Shown one piece after another: positions 20,077-29,874 of a stretch of 64,000 bases of DNA. Position numbers and translations under genes: made by a program. Under the pieces are notes generated by a model. That model searched no databases, was not told where the DNA came from, and saw only the letters and a list, made by a program, of their open reading frames with translations. Origin of the DNA: Candidatus Dormiibacterota bacterium (GTDB taxonomy: Bacteria; Chloroflexota; Dormibacteria; Aeolococcales; Aeolococcaceae). The stretch is from the NCBI GenBank assembly GCA_963716365.1, contig OY970307.1, positions 2,320,349 through 2,384,348 on the forward strand, read 5' to 3'. How positions within the stretch are numbered: the stretch's first letter is position 1; the number at the start of each line of letters is the position of its first letter.

Positions 20077-20703
20077 TCAGCCGACGGGTCGGTCCGCGGC
20101 TCCGGTGAAGCGTGCCTCGGCAGCGTCGGCGTCGAAGTTGGCGAGGAACGCCTCGATGTACTTCGGACGATCCGCCGGCTTGTAGTCGAGCAGGAACGCG
20201 TGTTCCCAGACATCCATCACGACGATGGGCTTGAAGCCGGCGATGTTGCCGTCCTCATGCAAGGTGATCCAGTGATTGCTCAACCGGCCGGTTGCGGTGT
20301 CGAGGTACGTGACGGCCCAGCCCACGCCGCGCATGCCACCGATCGCGGTGAAATCCTTGCGCCACGTGTCGATGTCACCGAACGACTCGCCGAGCGCGCG
20401 ACCGAGTGGCGATGACGACGAGATGCCACCGCCGGTGGCCTTCGTGAGGTTTCCGAAATACCACTCGTGCAGGACCATTCCGTTGTACTCAAAGCCGAGT
20501 CTGCGTGTGAGCTCGGCATACGCAGGGTTCGACGACTGGCCCGCCGACTGCATCGTCACGAGCTGCTCGTTGAGCAGGTTCACGTTTTTGACATAACCGC
20601 CATAAAGTCCGAAATGCACTTCGAGCGTGTTGTCGGAGATGCCGGTCAGCCCGGACAGGTCGAAGGTCCGTGCCTTGTAGGGGGTCTGGGTCAGCAGGGC
20701 CAT
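20077..20703 (-). CDS. sodA: Superoxide dismutase (Fe/Mn family)
   Basis: Metal ligands and signature DVWEHAF; length 208 aa. Confidence 0.9.
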   Translation of the reverse strand: MALLTQTPYKARTFDLSGLTGISDNTLEVHFGLYGGYVKNVNLLNEQLVTMQSAGQSSNPAYAELTRRLGFEYNGMVLHEWYFGNLTKATGGGISSSSPLGRALGESFGDIDTWRKDFTAIGGMRGVGWAVTYLDTATGRLSNHWITLHEDGNIAGFKPIVVMDVWEHAFLLDYKPADRPKYIEAFLANFDADAAEARFTGAADRPVG

Positions 20704-20785
20704 CTCTCGCCTCGTGTGTTGCGCCGAATCCCTTGCGGGAGTTTTCGTTCGCCACCATTTTGGCAGTGCAGTACGGCTCTTCGCA

Positions 20786-22834
20786 TCAACTCGGCGGTGC
20801 GACGATCGGGACCGCTTGGTTGTAGCTCGTGTACGTGTCCGTCATGAAGTGCCCGGCCTCTTCCATCTCCACCTGGCGAACCCGCCCGGTGGCGTCGACC
20901 CAGAACGTGAACCAGGTTGGCGTTGAGAACTTGTTCCCGAAACTGGCGACGACCGTTGTCGGAACGCCCCCGACAGCCCCCTGACCAAGGATGTGCGCGT
21001 TGGTCAGCGGCTCGAAGAAATCCCAGGCGAATGACGGCACGATCAACTGCGTGAGGCCGGGCTCGGCATGCCATGGGCCCCCCGGACTGAGCTGCGTGTA
21101 CTGCGTGTTGCCGATGAAGATCGTCTTGCTGCTCCCCACCGACCAGGTGGACTTGTTTGGTGCGACGGACGAGTAGTCAGCGTCGATCGGCCCCGGATTC
21201 AGCACCTCGCTGTACTGGTACGCGGACAGCTCGTGCATGGCGGCCTGGAGCTGCGCAAGCAGGTGCGTCCCTGATGGCGCCGGCAGCGACGGGATCGTGA
21301 ACGACGCCTCGCCGCCCCCGGGGTTCAAGACGTCCACAGCAACGGTGTCGCCTGCCTTGATGGTGATGGTCGCCGTCCGGCACGTGTCCCCGCAGGAGAC
21401 GAGCTCCTTGTAGGCATTGTTCACCGCGATGTTGGCGAGAATCGATTTAGCGCCCGCAGTGCCGCCGATGGGCAGCACGTAGACGGTCGCCCTGTTCGGG
21501 CCCGGCAGGCCCGGCGAGAGGCTGAGACCGATCAGCACGCTTCCGGCCGGCCCGGCCATGGTCAACTCCCCCGCAGCCGGCAGCCCTGCTGTCGGCGACA
21601 GTGCCGCGGCATCCGCCGCCTGTTCCTCCGCGGCGGTGGGCGGCGCCGGGAATGACGCGAGCAGGGCGGCCGCACCGATGACGCATGCGGCGATCCCTGC
21701 TTCCACGCGCACGTGCGGCCGTCGGAGCCGCCACGCCATGACCGACAGCGGGAGCATGCACGCAACGAGGGCCATCTTTGCCAGGAGCACACGGCCGTAG
21801 TCGGTGCCGAACAGTGACTGCAGCGACCCGAGCTGCTCGATCGCCTCGAGACCACCCGCGACGACGGTGACCGCGAACGCCACGAGCGCGACCGGGGTGA
21901 AGCGCGTGATCAGCGTGCGCGCATCGGCCGATCGCCATCCGCCGGGCGGCCGCAGCGCTGCGAGCGCGCCGATCCCGCCCGCCCAGACACCGGCGGCAAG
22001 CAGGTGGACGGCGTCGAGCCCGACACCGAGCCACGCGGGCTGCACCCCCGCTGCATGGCCCGCGGCAGCCAGGAGCACGAGCGTCCCGGCCAGCAGCACC
22101 GGGAGCGCCCGCCAGCCACGCACGACCGCGATGAGCATCACCGCCTCGAGGACGAGGCGGGCGATGAGTACGGCACCCGACCATCCCGCCTCGAAGTAGG
22201 CCAGGTAGTTCGAGAGGCTGTGTCCGCCTGACGCCACGGTGGCCCCGGCCCAGACGACGACCAGCCCTGCTGACAGCGCGATGCTGGAAGCCCGAAACCC
22301 CGGCTTCACCCACGCGAGCGATGGTTGGCGGCGCGCGAGCCGGCTCATCAGGACCTGCCCGGTCAGGAAGAGCAGCGCCAGCGCTTCGACCCACTTGACG
22401 AGGCCGATGGCGATATCCGATGTCTGCGGGCCTGGAACCTGATTCGCCGCGTCGGCCGGCGACACCCCGGCCACACCGACATCGAACGTGAACGTCCCTG
22501 TGATGCGGTGGCCGTCGACCTCACTCACGGACACCCAGGTGACCGTGTAGACCCCGGGGACGTTGGTCTCGAGCGGCACCCGGATCTCCTCACCACTGTC
22601 GACCTCGCCCTTCCAGCTGCGGCCGCTCGGATCAACCACGGCCGCGGACGAGAGTTGGGGATTGAGGCTCTGGGTGAACTCCAGGACCACGATGCCCGGT
22701 GTCGTGCCCAGATGCGCGCCCGCCGCTGGAGAGGACGACCCGAGCAACGCGTGCGCCGACGCCGCGATCGGTATGGCCAATGCCGCGAGCACGGCGATCA
22801 GGAGCGCGATGAAGCGGCGGACTCCCCGTGTCAC
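20786..22834 (-). CDS. Copper-resistance CopC-CopD fusion protein (YcnJ-like) with a large C-terminal extracytoplasmic domain
   Basis: Signal peptide, then the CopC motif HALLGSSSPAAGAHLGTTPGIVVLEFTQSL, eight TM helices typical of CopD, and roughly 280 aa of extracytoplasmic extension. Confidence 0.7.
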   Translation of the reverse strand: MTRGVRRFIALLIAVLAALAIPIAASAHALLGSSSPAAGAHLGTTPGIVVLEFTQSLNPQLSSAAVVDPSGRSWKGEVDSGEEIRVPLETNVPGVYTVTWVSVSEVDGHRITGTFTFDVGVAGVSPADAANQVPGPQTSDIAIGLVKWVEALALLFLTGQVLMSRLARRQPSLAWVKPGFRASSIALSAGLVVVWAGATVASGGHSLSNYLAYFEAGWSGAVLIARLVLEAVMLIAVVRGWRALPVLLAGTLVLLAAAGHAAGVQPAWLGVGLDAVHLLAAGVWAGGIGALAALRPPGGWRSADARTLITRFTPVALVAFAVTVVAGGLEAIEQLGSLQSLFGTDYGRVLLAKMALVACMLPLSVMAWRLRRPHVRVEAGIAACVIGAAALLASFPAPPTAAEEQAADAAALSPTAGLPAAGELTMAGPAGSVLIGLSLSPGLPGPNRATVYVLPIGGTAGAKSILANIAVNNAYKELVSCGDTCRTATITIKAGDTVAVDVLNPGGGEASFTIPSLPAPSGTHLLAQLQAAMHELSAYQYSEVLNPGPIDADYSSVAPNKSTWSVGSSKTIFIGNTQYTQLSPGGPWHAEPGLTQLIVPSFAWDFFEPLTNAHILGQGAVGGVPTTVVASFGNKFSTPTWFTFWVDATGRVRQVEMEEAGHFMTDTYTSYNQAVPIVAPPS

Positions 22835-22907
22835 GTTCCCATGATGGAGCAGCGCGTCCCGGCCACAGACGTGGTGCTTGCGACCGTTCGCCTCATAATC
22901 GGGCCGA

Positions 22908-23675
22908 GTGACCCAGGTAGAGTCGCCTCCGGAAGGATCGATCGCGCCCCACCCGTGGTGGCGCGGAGCATGGCTCAGAGACACCATCGAGGTGCTCCTG
23001 ATTGCCGTCGTCCTCTATATCGCAATCGCCTTTGCGCTGCAGACGGTTCGCGTCGACGGCGAGAGCATGGTGGGCACGCTGCAGAACCAGGACCTGCTGC
23101 TCGCCAGCAAGATCTCGTACGACTTCGGACAGAACCCGCAGCGTGGCGACATCGTCATCCTCATCCCCCCGACCGACCCATCGCAGGACTTCATCAAGCG
23201 CGTCATCGGCCTGCCGGGCGACGTCATCGAGATCAACGGCGACCACACGCCGACGCAGGTGCTCATCAAGCCCGACGGCAAGGGTCCGTTCGAGGTGCTC
23301 AACGAGCCGTATCTGCCGGAGGCATGGACGACGCTCAAGGATTGCTGCATGACCAATGGTCAAGCGTCATCGACGCCGCAGGCGATCACGATCCCGGCGA
23401 ACGAGTATTTCGTCATGGGCGACAACCGCAACTTCTCGAGCGACTCGCGCGTGTTCGGGCTCGTCCCGCGTAAGAACATCCTCGCCAAGGCAATCCTGCG
23501 CATCTGGCCGCTGGATCACTTCGGTGGCCTTGGTGCCGGGCCGACGTTCGAGCCGGCGTCGACGACGGAACTTGCGTTGCCGGCGCTCGGTATTGCTGCC
23601 TTCGAATCCTGGCGCTGGCGGCGCCGGCGCATGCGCAGACGGGCTGCCGCACGCACGGCGCCCATCAACGACTGA
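22908..23675 (+). CDS. lepB: Signal peptidase I
   Basis: TM anchor, the GESMVGTL serine box, the K box and GDNRNFSSDSR. Confidence 0.8.
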   Translation: MTQVESPPEGSIAPHPWWRGAWLRDTIEVLLIAVVLYIAIAFALQTVRVDGESMVGTLQNQDLLLASKISYDFGQNPQRGDIVILIPPTDPSQDFIKRVIGLPGDVIEINGDHTPTQVLIKPDGKGPFEVLNEPYLPEAWTTLKDCCMTNGQASSTPQAITIPANEYFVMGDNRNFSSDSRVFGLVPRKNILAKAILRIWPLDHFGGLGAGPTFEPASTTELALPALGIAAFESWRWRRRRMRRRAAARTAPIND

Positions 23676-23684
23676 CGGGACGCC

Positions 23685-24140
23685 TCAGCCGCTGACCCAC
23701 GTGCTGTCGGCGGCGCTCCATTCGATGAGCTCATCGGGTGTGAAGAACAGCGCCACCTCGACGGCGCCGCGCTCCGGGGCATCGCTGCCGTGCACCACGT
23801 TGTTGCCAATGTTGACCGCAAGATCGCCGCGGATGCTGCCGGGTGCGGCGGCTGACGGATTCGTCGCTCCCATCATGGCGCGAACCTGCGCGACCGCATC
23901 GTCGCCTTCCCAGACCATCGCGACCACCGGTGCGGATGTGATGAACGCGACGAGGCCGTCGAAGAACGGCTTGCCGCGGTGCTCCGCGTAATGGCGTTCC
24001 GCGAGCACCTGGTCGATGCGCATCAGCTTCATCGCAACGAGGTGCAGGCCGCGACGCTCGAAGCGCCCGATCACCTCGCCGACGAGGTGACGCTGGACGC
24101 CGTCGGGCTTGACGAGGACGAGGGTGCGTTCGCTGCTCAC
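23685..24140 (-). CDS. ndk: Nucleoside diphosphate kinase
   Basis: From the GTG at 24140: [28 protein letters not shown]...NVVHGSD, which includes the active-site His. Confidence 0.85.
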   Translation of the reverse strand: MSSERTLVLVKPDGVQRHLVGEVIGRFERRGLHLVAMKLMRIDQVLAERHYAEHRGKPFFDGLVAFITSAPVVAMVWEGDDAVAQVRAMMGATNPSAAAPGSIRGDLAVNIGNNVVHGSDAPERGAVEVALFFTPDELIEWSAADSTWVSG

Positions 24141-25438
24141 GGCGCGCAAGTCTGACACGCGCGTATCACGCGATCGCCTTCTCGAACTTGGTCTCGCTGC
24201 GAAACGGCCCGACCACGGCGGCACGCAGGCCTGAGGAGAGCAGCCTTCCGGCAAGCGCGCTCACCTGGGCCGCGTCGACCGAACTCGAGGCGGCGGACGA
24301 GTTCCTCGGGCTCGAGGATGTGTCCCTGGAGGAGCAGCTGCTGCCCCGTGTACTCGCAGAGCGCCGACGTGCTCTCGAGTCCGAGGAGGAGCCGGCCCTT
24401 GGTGTACTCGATGGCCTTGGTCAGTTCGGCGGCGCTCACCGGCTCCTCCGCGAGCTTGCGGAGCTCGGCGATCGCGGCCTCGAGCGCGGTCGCCGCCCGG
24501 CGCGGCTCGCATGCGAGGCCGATACCGAGCACCCCGGAGTCCGACAGCCTCGTCATGAACGAGTGCACGTCGTAGACGAGGCCGCGATGCTCGCGCAGCT
24601 CGAGGAAGAGCCGGCTCGACATGCCCTCGCCGAGGATGACGTTGAGGATGTCGGCAACATGGCGGTCGGGGTCGTTGTACGACGGAGCCCGGACGCCGAC
24701 CAGGATGTTCGCCTGCTCCGCGCTGCGCCTGATCACGCGAAGCCGCGGCCCTGTCGGCGCGGTGGCAGGGATCGCCGCCTCCGGCGTCGCTCGCGCGGCC
24801 GTCGACCACGGCCCGATCGCCTCGTTGATCATCGCCACGGCGTGCGCCGTCTCGAACCCGCCGGCGACGCTGATCACGAGAGTCGAGGGGAGGAGGTGCT
24901 GCTCGAGATGGACCCTGCAGTCCTCCCCGGTGAACCCGGAGACGGTCTCCTCGCGGCCGGCGACATCCCACCCGAGTGGGTGGTCGGGCCACATCACCTC
25001 GTCGAAGAGGATCTGCACGTAGTCCTGAGGATTGTCCTGGTACATCCGCAGCTCTTCGATGACGACCTGACGCTCCTTGACCACCTCGTCCGGGTCCAGC
25101 GCGGGGCTCAGGAGCATGTCGCCGAGCACCGACACGGCGATGCCGAGCTTGTCAGCGGGCACCCGCGTCCAGAACACGGTGGCCTCACGATCGGTCGCGG
25201 CGTTGAGCACGCCGCCGACACCCTCGATGGCCTCGCTGACGTCCCGCGCGGTCGGGTAACGCGCGCCGCCCTTGAAGACCATGTGCTCGACGAAGTGGCT
25301 GATCCCACTGTTGGACAGATGCTCGTTCCGTGACCCCACGCCGACCATGAACGCGACCGCGACCGAGGCACGGCCTGGGAGCGGGACAGCGGTGAGCCTC
25401 GTCCCTCCCGCGAGGGACTCGACGGCGAATCCGGTCAG
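24137..25438 (-). CDS. M16-family (insulinase-like) zinc peptidase; the homologous N-terminus extends upstream of the first ATG to a CTG at 25438 that abuts the jag stop
   Basis: [10 protein letters not shown] is the HxxEH zinc motif. The upstream in-frame peptide [27 protein letters not shown] matches the conserved M16 N-terminal strand, and no ATG, GTG or TTG is available in that frame. Confidence 0.6.
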   Translation of the reverse strand: MTGFAVESLAGGTRLTAVPLPGRASVAVAFMVGVGSRNEHLSNSGISHFVEHMVFKGGARYPTARDVSEAIEGVGGVLNAATDREATVFWTRVPADKLGIAVSVLGDMLLSPALDPDEVVKERQVVIEELRMYQDNPQDYVQILFDEVMWPDHPLGWDVAGREETVSGFTGEDCRVHLEQHLLPSTLVISVAGGFETAHAVAMINEAIGPWSTAARATPEAAIPATAPTGPRLRVIRRSAEQANILVGVRAPSYNDPDRHVADILNVILGEGMSSRLFLELREHRGLVYDVHSFMTRLSDSGVLGIGLACEPRRAATALEAAIAELRKLAEEPVSAAELTKAIEYTKGRLLLGLESTSALCEYTGQQLLLQGHILEPEELVRRLEFGRRGPGERACRKAALLRPACRRGRAVSQRDQVREGDRVIRACQTCAP

Positions 25439-26193
25439 TAGGACCGCCCGGCTGAGCGGCCCTGGCGGGCTCCTTCGAATCGCTCCGGGGGGCCGCCCTG
25501 TGCCGGGCCCGTGGGATTGATGACCACACGCCGCGCCGGTTCCGCGCCGGAGCTTTCGGTGGTCACATCCGGGTCCTCGGCCAGAGTCATGTGGATGACT
25601 CGCCGCTCGTAGGCGTGCATCGGATCCAGCGTGTACGCCTCGCCGGTGCGCTTCACACGCAGTGCGAGCCGCTCGGCGAGCTCACGCACCTGGTCCTCGC
25701 GGCGGGCGCGATACCGCTCCACGTCGAGGATGACGCGCCGGCTCTCGACCCCTTCCTCGCCGATCATGAGGTTGAGGGCGGTCTGCAAGGATCGAAGGGT
25801 TTCGCCGCGCCAGCCGATCAACAGCCCGAGGTCGTCTCCTGCGATGTCGAGGATGACCGGGCCTCCCGCTGACGATGTTGCCGTGCCGGTGCCACGCCGC
25901 ACGCTCACGCGGCAGGGGACCTCCATGCGGGTGAGCAACTCCTCCAGGAGCGCTCGCGCGTTCGCTGCGTGCTCGTCGATGCGGTAGACGCGCACACGCC
26001 GCTCACCGGTCGACAGGCGCTCGCCGGGGAGCGCTCTGCTCTCAGCGGAGAGGACCTGTACCTCCACCTGCTCGCGGTTTGCGCCGAGCTGTGCGAGCGC
26101 GTTGCTCACCGCCTCCTCGATCGTCGCCCCTCGCGCCTCGACCCCGTCTTCGGACTCCACTGCCGTCTCCGGAAACCTTCTCTCACTCACCAC
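25435..26193 (-). CDS. jag: Jag/KhpB RNA-binding protein (KH + R3H domains)
   Basis: The R3H motif YTLDPMHAYERRVIHMTLAEDPDVTTES, in the position downstream of yidC. Confidence 0.8.
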   Translation of the reverse strand: MVSERRFPETAVESEDGVEARGATIEEAVSNALAQLGANREQVEVQVLSAESRALPGERLSTGERRVRVYRIDEHAANARALLEELLTRMEVPCRVSVRRGTGTATSSAGGPVILDIAGDDLGLLIGWRGETLRSLQTALNLMIGEEGVESRRVILDVERYRARREDQVRELAERLALRVKRTGEAYTLDPMHAYERRVIHMTLAEDPDVTTESSGAEPARRVVINPTGPAQGGPPERFEGARQGRSAGRSY

Positions 26194-26213
26194 TAACTCT
26201 CCCAGCGCCGCGG

Positions 26214-27371
26214 TCAGCGACGCCGCCTCCGTCTATTGGGCCGGTTGGGTCGGGCCAGCGAGCGCGCCTGGGCGCTCGGCGACCGTCCTGTGTCGTCTGC
26301 GTCCTCGGCCTGTGCGGCGTCCGAGGCATCGGCGGCAGGGGTGCCGTTCTTGGCCCCGCTTTTCGTGCCGTTTCTGGTGCCGTTCTTGGCAGCCGGCCCC
26401 GCGATGTTCTTCGTGGCACTCGTGCCGTTCTTGCCGTTCTTTCCATTGGTATCGACGACGATCGCCGCCTTCTTGGCGCCCGCCGCGCCTTTGTACGGCG
26501 TCACGGGTCCTCGTGGAATCGTCAGCGCCGTGACGCGCCCAGCACCGGGGAACCAGGCGGGAACCTTGAGCCCGTTCCAGCCGAGCAGGTGGTACTGCTG
26601 CGCGACCATGAACATCGTGCCGGTCACCCAGTAGATCGCGAGCCCCTCCGGGAAGAGGAAGCTGAACGCGAAGATCATCACCGGGAAGATCAGCGACATC
26701 TGCTTGGTGACGCCCTGCATCGAGCGCTCCTGGTCAGACATGTCGGGCCGGGACGGCGGCATCATCATTCGCGACTGCGCGAATGTGAACGCGCCCGCAA
26801 GGATGGGCAGGATGAGGAGCTGCGGCTGGCCGAGGAGCCCGGCGAGCCCGTGGGGCGCGGCGCAGCACGCGTCCTGTGCCGACAGCGTGACGTTATGGAT
26901 CCAGAGGAATCCGCTGTTGCCCGGCGGGATCACGCCGTGCCCCGCTGTGGTGGTGTTGGTGAAGGCGCGGATCGACTGGTAGAGCCCGATCAGCACCGGC
27001 ATCTGGACGAGCGCCGGGATGCATCCGGTGAGGCTCGAGAACGGGCTGATGCCGTGCTCCTTGTAGAGCGCGTTCATCTCCTGGCTCAGCCGCTGCGGCT
27101 CTTTCTTGTACTTCTTGCGCAACTCCTGGAGTTGCGGCGCGACCAGCCGCTGCTCGGCCTGGATCCTGCGTGAGGTGCGCAGCTGCCACTGGAAGACCGG
27201 GAAGAGCACCGCGCGGATGCCGATGGTCAGGACCATGACGCTGAGCCCAAAGGCTCCGATTGCATGCAGGGGTCCGACCGTCGCGAAGAAGTTCACGAGC
27301 TGCTGGAGGACCCACTGAAAAGGCGCTTCGAGAATCGTGAAGATCGAGAGTGGGTTGAAGTCCGCGACCAT
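26214..27371 (-). CDS. yidC: Membrane protein insertase YidC
   Basis: Conserved YidC/Oxa1 core (LYKEHGISPF, GFLWI, PEGLAIYWVTGTMF). The start ATG overlaps the yidD stop. The C-terminal tail has a Lys/Asn-rich NGT repeat. Confidence 0.9.
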   Translation of the reverse strand: MVADFNPLSIFTILEAPFQWVLQQLVNFFATVGPLHAIGAFGLSVMVLTIGIRAVLFPVFQWQLRTSRRIQAEQRLVAPQLQELRKKYKKEPQRLSQEMNALYKEHGISPFSSLTGCIPALVQMPVLIGLYQSIRAFTNTTTAGHGVIPPGNSGFLWIHNVTLSAQDACCAAPHGLAGLLGQPQLLILPILAGAFTFAQSRMMMPPSRPDMSDQERSMQGVTKQMSLIFPVMIFAFSFLFPEGLAIYWVTGTMFMVAQQYHLLGWNGLKVPAWFPGAGRVTALTIPRGPVTPYKGAAGAKKAAIVVDTNGKNGKNGTSATKNIAGPAAKNGTRNGTKSGAKNGTPAADASDAAQAEDADDTGRSPSAQARSLARPNRPNRRRRRR

Positions 27372-27655
27372 CACGCCGCCCTCCCGGCCTGCGTCGTCTC
27401 GTGATGGTGGCGTCGCGCAGCACGCCAGCTCACGTACGTCTCCGGCACCGGGTCGAATCCGCCCTCGTGGAACGGATGGCAGCGCGAGATGCGCCTGATC
27501 GCCAGCCACCAGCCCCGGCGGGTGCCGAATCGCTGGATCGCCTCATAGCCGTAGTGCGAGCACGTCGGCTCGTAGCGGCAGCTGCTCATCATCCCGAAGA
27601 GGGGGCCGATGGTCACCTGGTACGCCCGAATGAAGATCAGGCTGACCCGTCTCAC
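27371..27655 (-). CDS. yidD: Membrane protein insertion efficiency factor YidD
   Basis: The YidD motif [19 protein letters not shown]. Confidence 0.8.
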   Translation of the reverse strand: MRRVSLIFIRAYQVTIGPLFGMMSSCRYEPTCSHYGYEAIQRFGTRRGWWLAIRRISRCHPFHEGGFDPVPETYVSWRAARRHHHETTQAGRAA

Positions 27656-28000
27656 GTCTGTGCCCTACGCGCCAGGTGGACCGAAGCAGTCCCGAGCGCG
27701 GATGCAAGCGCCGCTCGCAGCTCGGCAAACGGCATCTCGCTAGCGGTGCCCGGCAGATTCACGACAAGGTCGAAGTCTGGGCCACTCCAGGAGAAGTGGG
27801 GCGATCGCGGCGCGAAGCCGGCGCTTTGCCCGGTTGCGACGGACCGCTCCGCCGGCGTTCGGGACGGCGAACGCCACACGTGACGCTTCGTCGCTGCCTT
27901 CGATCGCTCGGAGGCGGATCACTCCTGAACGGCCCTCACTGCCAGCTTCTCGCACCACGGCAATCCGGCGTCGCCCGGAAAGGCGATGCCGCCGGTTCAT
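27652..28000 (-). pseudogene. rnpA: RNase P protein component RnpA with an apparent +1 frameshift at 27772-27777; likely a sequence error
   Basis: The N-terminal frame (ATG 28000) reads [12 protein letters not shown]...VRRNRAKRRLRAAIAPLLLEW and then stops early. The conserved C-terminus (DLVVNLPGTASEMPFAELRAALASAL) continues in the +1 frame, ORF 27652..27879. The ATG overlaps the rpmH stop. Confidence 0.75.
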
Positions 28001-28143
28001 CGCGTCGGAGCCGGCGTCAGGCGCTTGCGGCCCTTGCGGCGACGTGCTTTCAGCACCTGGCGCCCCCCGGGCGTCGACATGCGGATACGAAACCCGTGCG
28101 TCTTGCGCCGGTATTTCTTCTTGGGTTGGTACGTCCGCTTGAT
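27997..28143 (-). CDS. rpmH: 50S ribosomal protein L34, apparently initiating at a non-canonical ATC codon
   Basis: My own translation gives (I)[47 protein letters not shown], the L34 consensus. The only codon where Met is expected is ATC, with a GGGGAG ribosome-binding site 6 nt upstream. No in-frame ATG, GTG or TTG lies between the upstream stop and KRTYQP. Confidence 0.7.
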   Translation of the reverse strand: MKRTYQPKKKYRRKTHGFRIRMSTPGGRQVLKARRRKGRKRLTPAPTR

Positions 28144-28371
28144 GGCCGTCTCCCCGAGACATTGATCGCGTCGGGGGCGCTCAAGGCGCCGCTGAGCCCG
28201 ACGGGGTTGCCCGGCGAGTATATCAAGGCGGCAGGCCCCGACCCCTCAGACGTGACGCGCTCGCGCCGCTTGTGAGTGGAGCCGCGCATTGTTAAACTCC
28301 GCAGGCTGCAGCGGGAGCGGGAGTTCTTCCATTCGTCTCACCAAGCCCCCCGGCCACCAGCGGCCATGCAT

Positions 28372-28403
28372 TTATCCACTTCTGTGCACAAGTTGTGGAC
28401 AAC
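28372..28403 (+). promoter_or_regulatory. DnaA-box cluster upstream of dnaA (TTATCCACT, TTGTGCACA, TTGTCCACA)
   Basis: Three DnaA-box matches or near-matches within 32 nt in the rpmH-dnaA spacer. Confidence 0.55.
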
Positions 28404-28521
28404 TGCGCTGTGTCGGAATGGCGAACCCGAGGAACGAGTGGATCGAACAGTGGCCGGAGTCGTTGGTGACCCGATGGCGCGGCTGGAACCCGTTACAGAC
28501 GGTGTGAGCTCGACGGCGAGC

Positions 28522-29874
28522 ATGGACCCGCAGCAGCTGTGGCAGGTCGCCCAGGAGGAGCTGCGCTTCCAGGTGGTCAAACCCGGCTACGAAGCGTGGC
28601 TTGCCAACGCGGTCCTCGTGGATTCCGACGGGCATACCTTCACCGTCGGCGTGCCGACCATTTTCGCCAGGGACTGGGTGAGCGAGCGCTACGTGCCGAT
28701 CATCCGCGAGACGCTGTCCGGAGTCCTCGGCCGCGACTGCGAGGTCGTGATCACCGTCGATCCCGAAGCGTCGCCGCCACCGGAGGCGCCGCCGCATCTT
28801 CCCGACCCGACATACGCGCACGTCAGCGAGCCGGAGGATGGCGCCAACAACTCGCGGCTCAATCCCAACTTCACCTTCAGCACATTCGTCGTCGGCAACT
28901 CGTCGCGTTTCGCGCATGCGGCGTGTCGCGCCGTCGCCGAAGCGCCGGGGAAGGCCTACAACCCGCTGTTCCTGTACGGCGGTGTCGGTCTCGGCAAGAC
29001 CCATCTCATGCACGCGATCGGACACGCGGTGCGCGAGACGCATCGCAACGCGAAGGTCGCGTATGTCACGTCCGAGAAATTCATGAACGAGATGGTCGCG
29101 TCGATCGTCGAGAACCGGCCCGCGGAATTTCGGATGCGGTATCGCGGTGTCGATGTCCTGCTTATCGACGACATCCAGTTCCTCGCCGGCAAGGACCACA
29201 CCCGCGAGGAGTTCTTTCACACCTTCAACGCGCTGCAGGAATTCCAGAAGCAGATCGTGGTGAGCAGCGACCGGCCACCCAAGGACATTCCAACGCTCGA
29301 GGACCGTCTGCGGAGCCGCTTCGAAGGCGGGTTGATGGCGGACATCCAGCCGCCCGATTTCGAAACCAGGCTTGCGATTCTCAACACCAAGCTCGGGCCG
29401 TACAGCAAGCTCGTCCCGGACGAGGTCTGCTCGTTCATCGCGCACCGCATTCAGAAAAACATCCGCGAGCTCGAGGGCGCGCTCATCCGCGTGCTCGCGC
29501 ACGCGTCGATCAACGGCCAGCAGATCACGCTCGAGGCGGCGCAACAAATCCTCAAGGACGTCATCCCCGTCCACGACTCCGCGCCGCTCAGCATCGAGAC
29601 CATTCAGAACTCGGTCGCGGCGCACTACGGCATCTCGGTCGAGGAGATGAAGGGAAAGCGTCGCGACAAGAACATCGTGTTCCCGCGTCAGGTCGCGATG
29701 TACCTGATCCGCGAGGAAACCAAGTCGTCGTTGCCGGTGATCGGCACAGCGTTCGGTGGGCGCGACCACACCACAGCCTTGCACGCCATCGAGAAGATCA
29801 CCGAGCTCATGCGCGAGGACGTGCGTCTTCAGGGTGAGGTGCGCGCCATCCGCGAGCACCTCCACAGCCGTTGA
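28522..29874 (+). CDS. dnaA: Chromosomal replication initiator DnaA
   Basis: MDPQQLWQVAQEELRFQ at the N-terminus, Walker A GGVGLGKTHL, box VII, and a C-terminal DNA-binding domain. An upstream start at 28474 is possible. Confidence 0.9.
   Translation: MDPQQLWQVAQEELRFQVVKPGYEAWLANAVLVDSDGHTFTVGVPTIFARDWVSERYVPIIRETLSGVLGRDCEVVITVDPEASPPPEAPPHLPDPTYAHVSEPEDGANNSRLNPNFTFSTFVVGNSSRFAHAACRAVAEAPGKAYNPLFLYGGVGLGKTHLMHAIGHAVRETHRNAKVAYVTSEKFMNEMVASIVENRPAEFRMRYRGVDVLLIDDIQFLAGKDHTREEFFHTFNALQEFQKQIVVSSDRPPKDIPTLEDRLRSRFEGGLMADIQPPDFETRLAILNTKLGPYSKLVPDEVCSFIAHRIQKNIRELEGALIRVLAHASINGQQITLEAAQQILKDVIPVHDSAPLSIETIQNSVAAHYGISVEEMKGKRRDKNIVFPRQVAMYLIREETKSSLPVIGTAFGGRDHTTALHAIEKITELMREDVRLQGEVRAIREHLHSR

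Noticed and set aside
25460-25500. tRNA-like T-loop sequence CTTCGAATCG
   Set aside because: No acceptor or anticodon stems can be formed, and the segment lies inside the jag coding region.
28001-28162. N-terminal 54 codons of the ORF-track rnpA ([16 protein letters not shown]...)
   Set aside because: This stretch is the -1 frame read-through across rpmH. The real rnpA start is the ATG at 28000, which overlaps the L34 stop.
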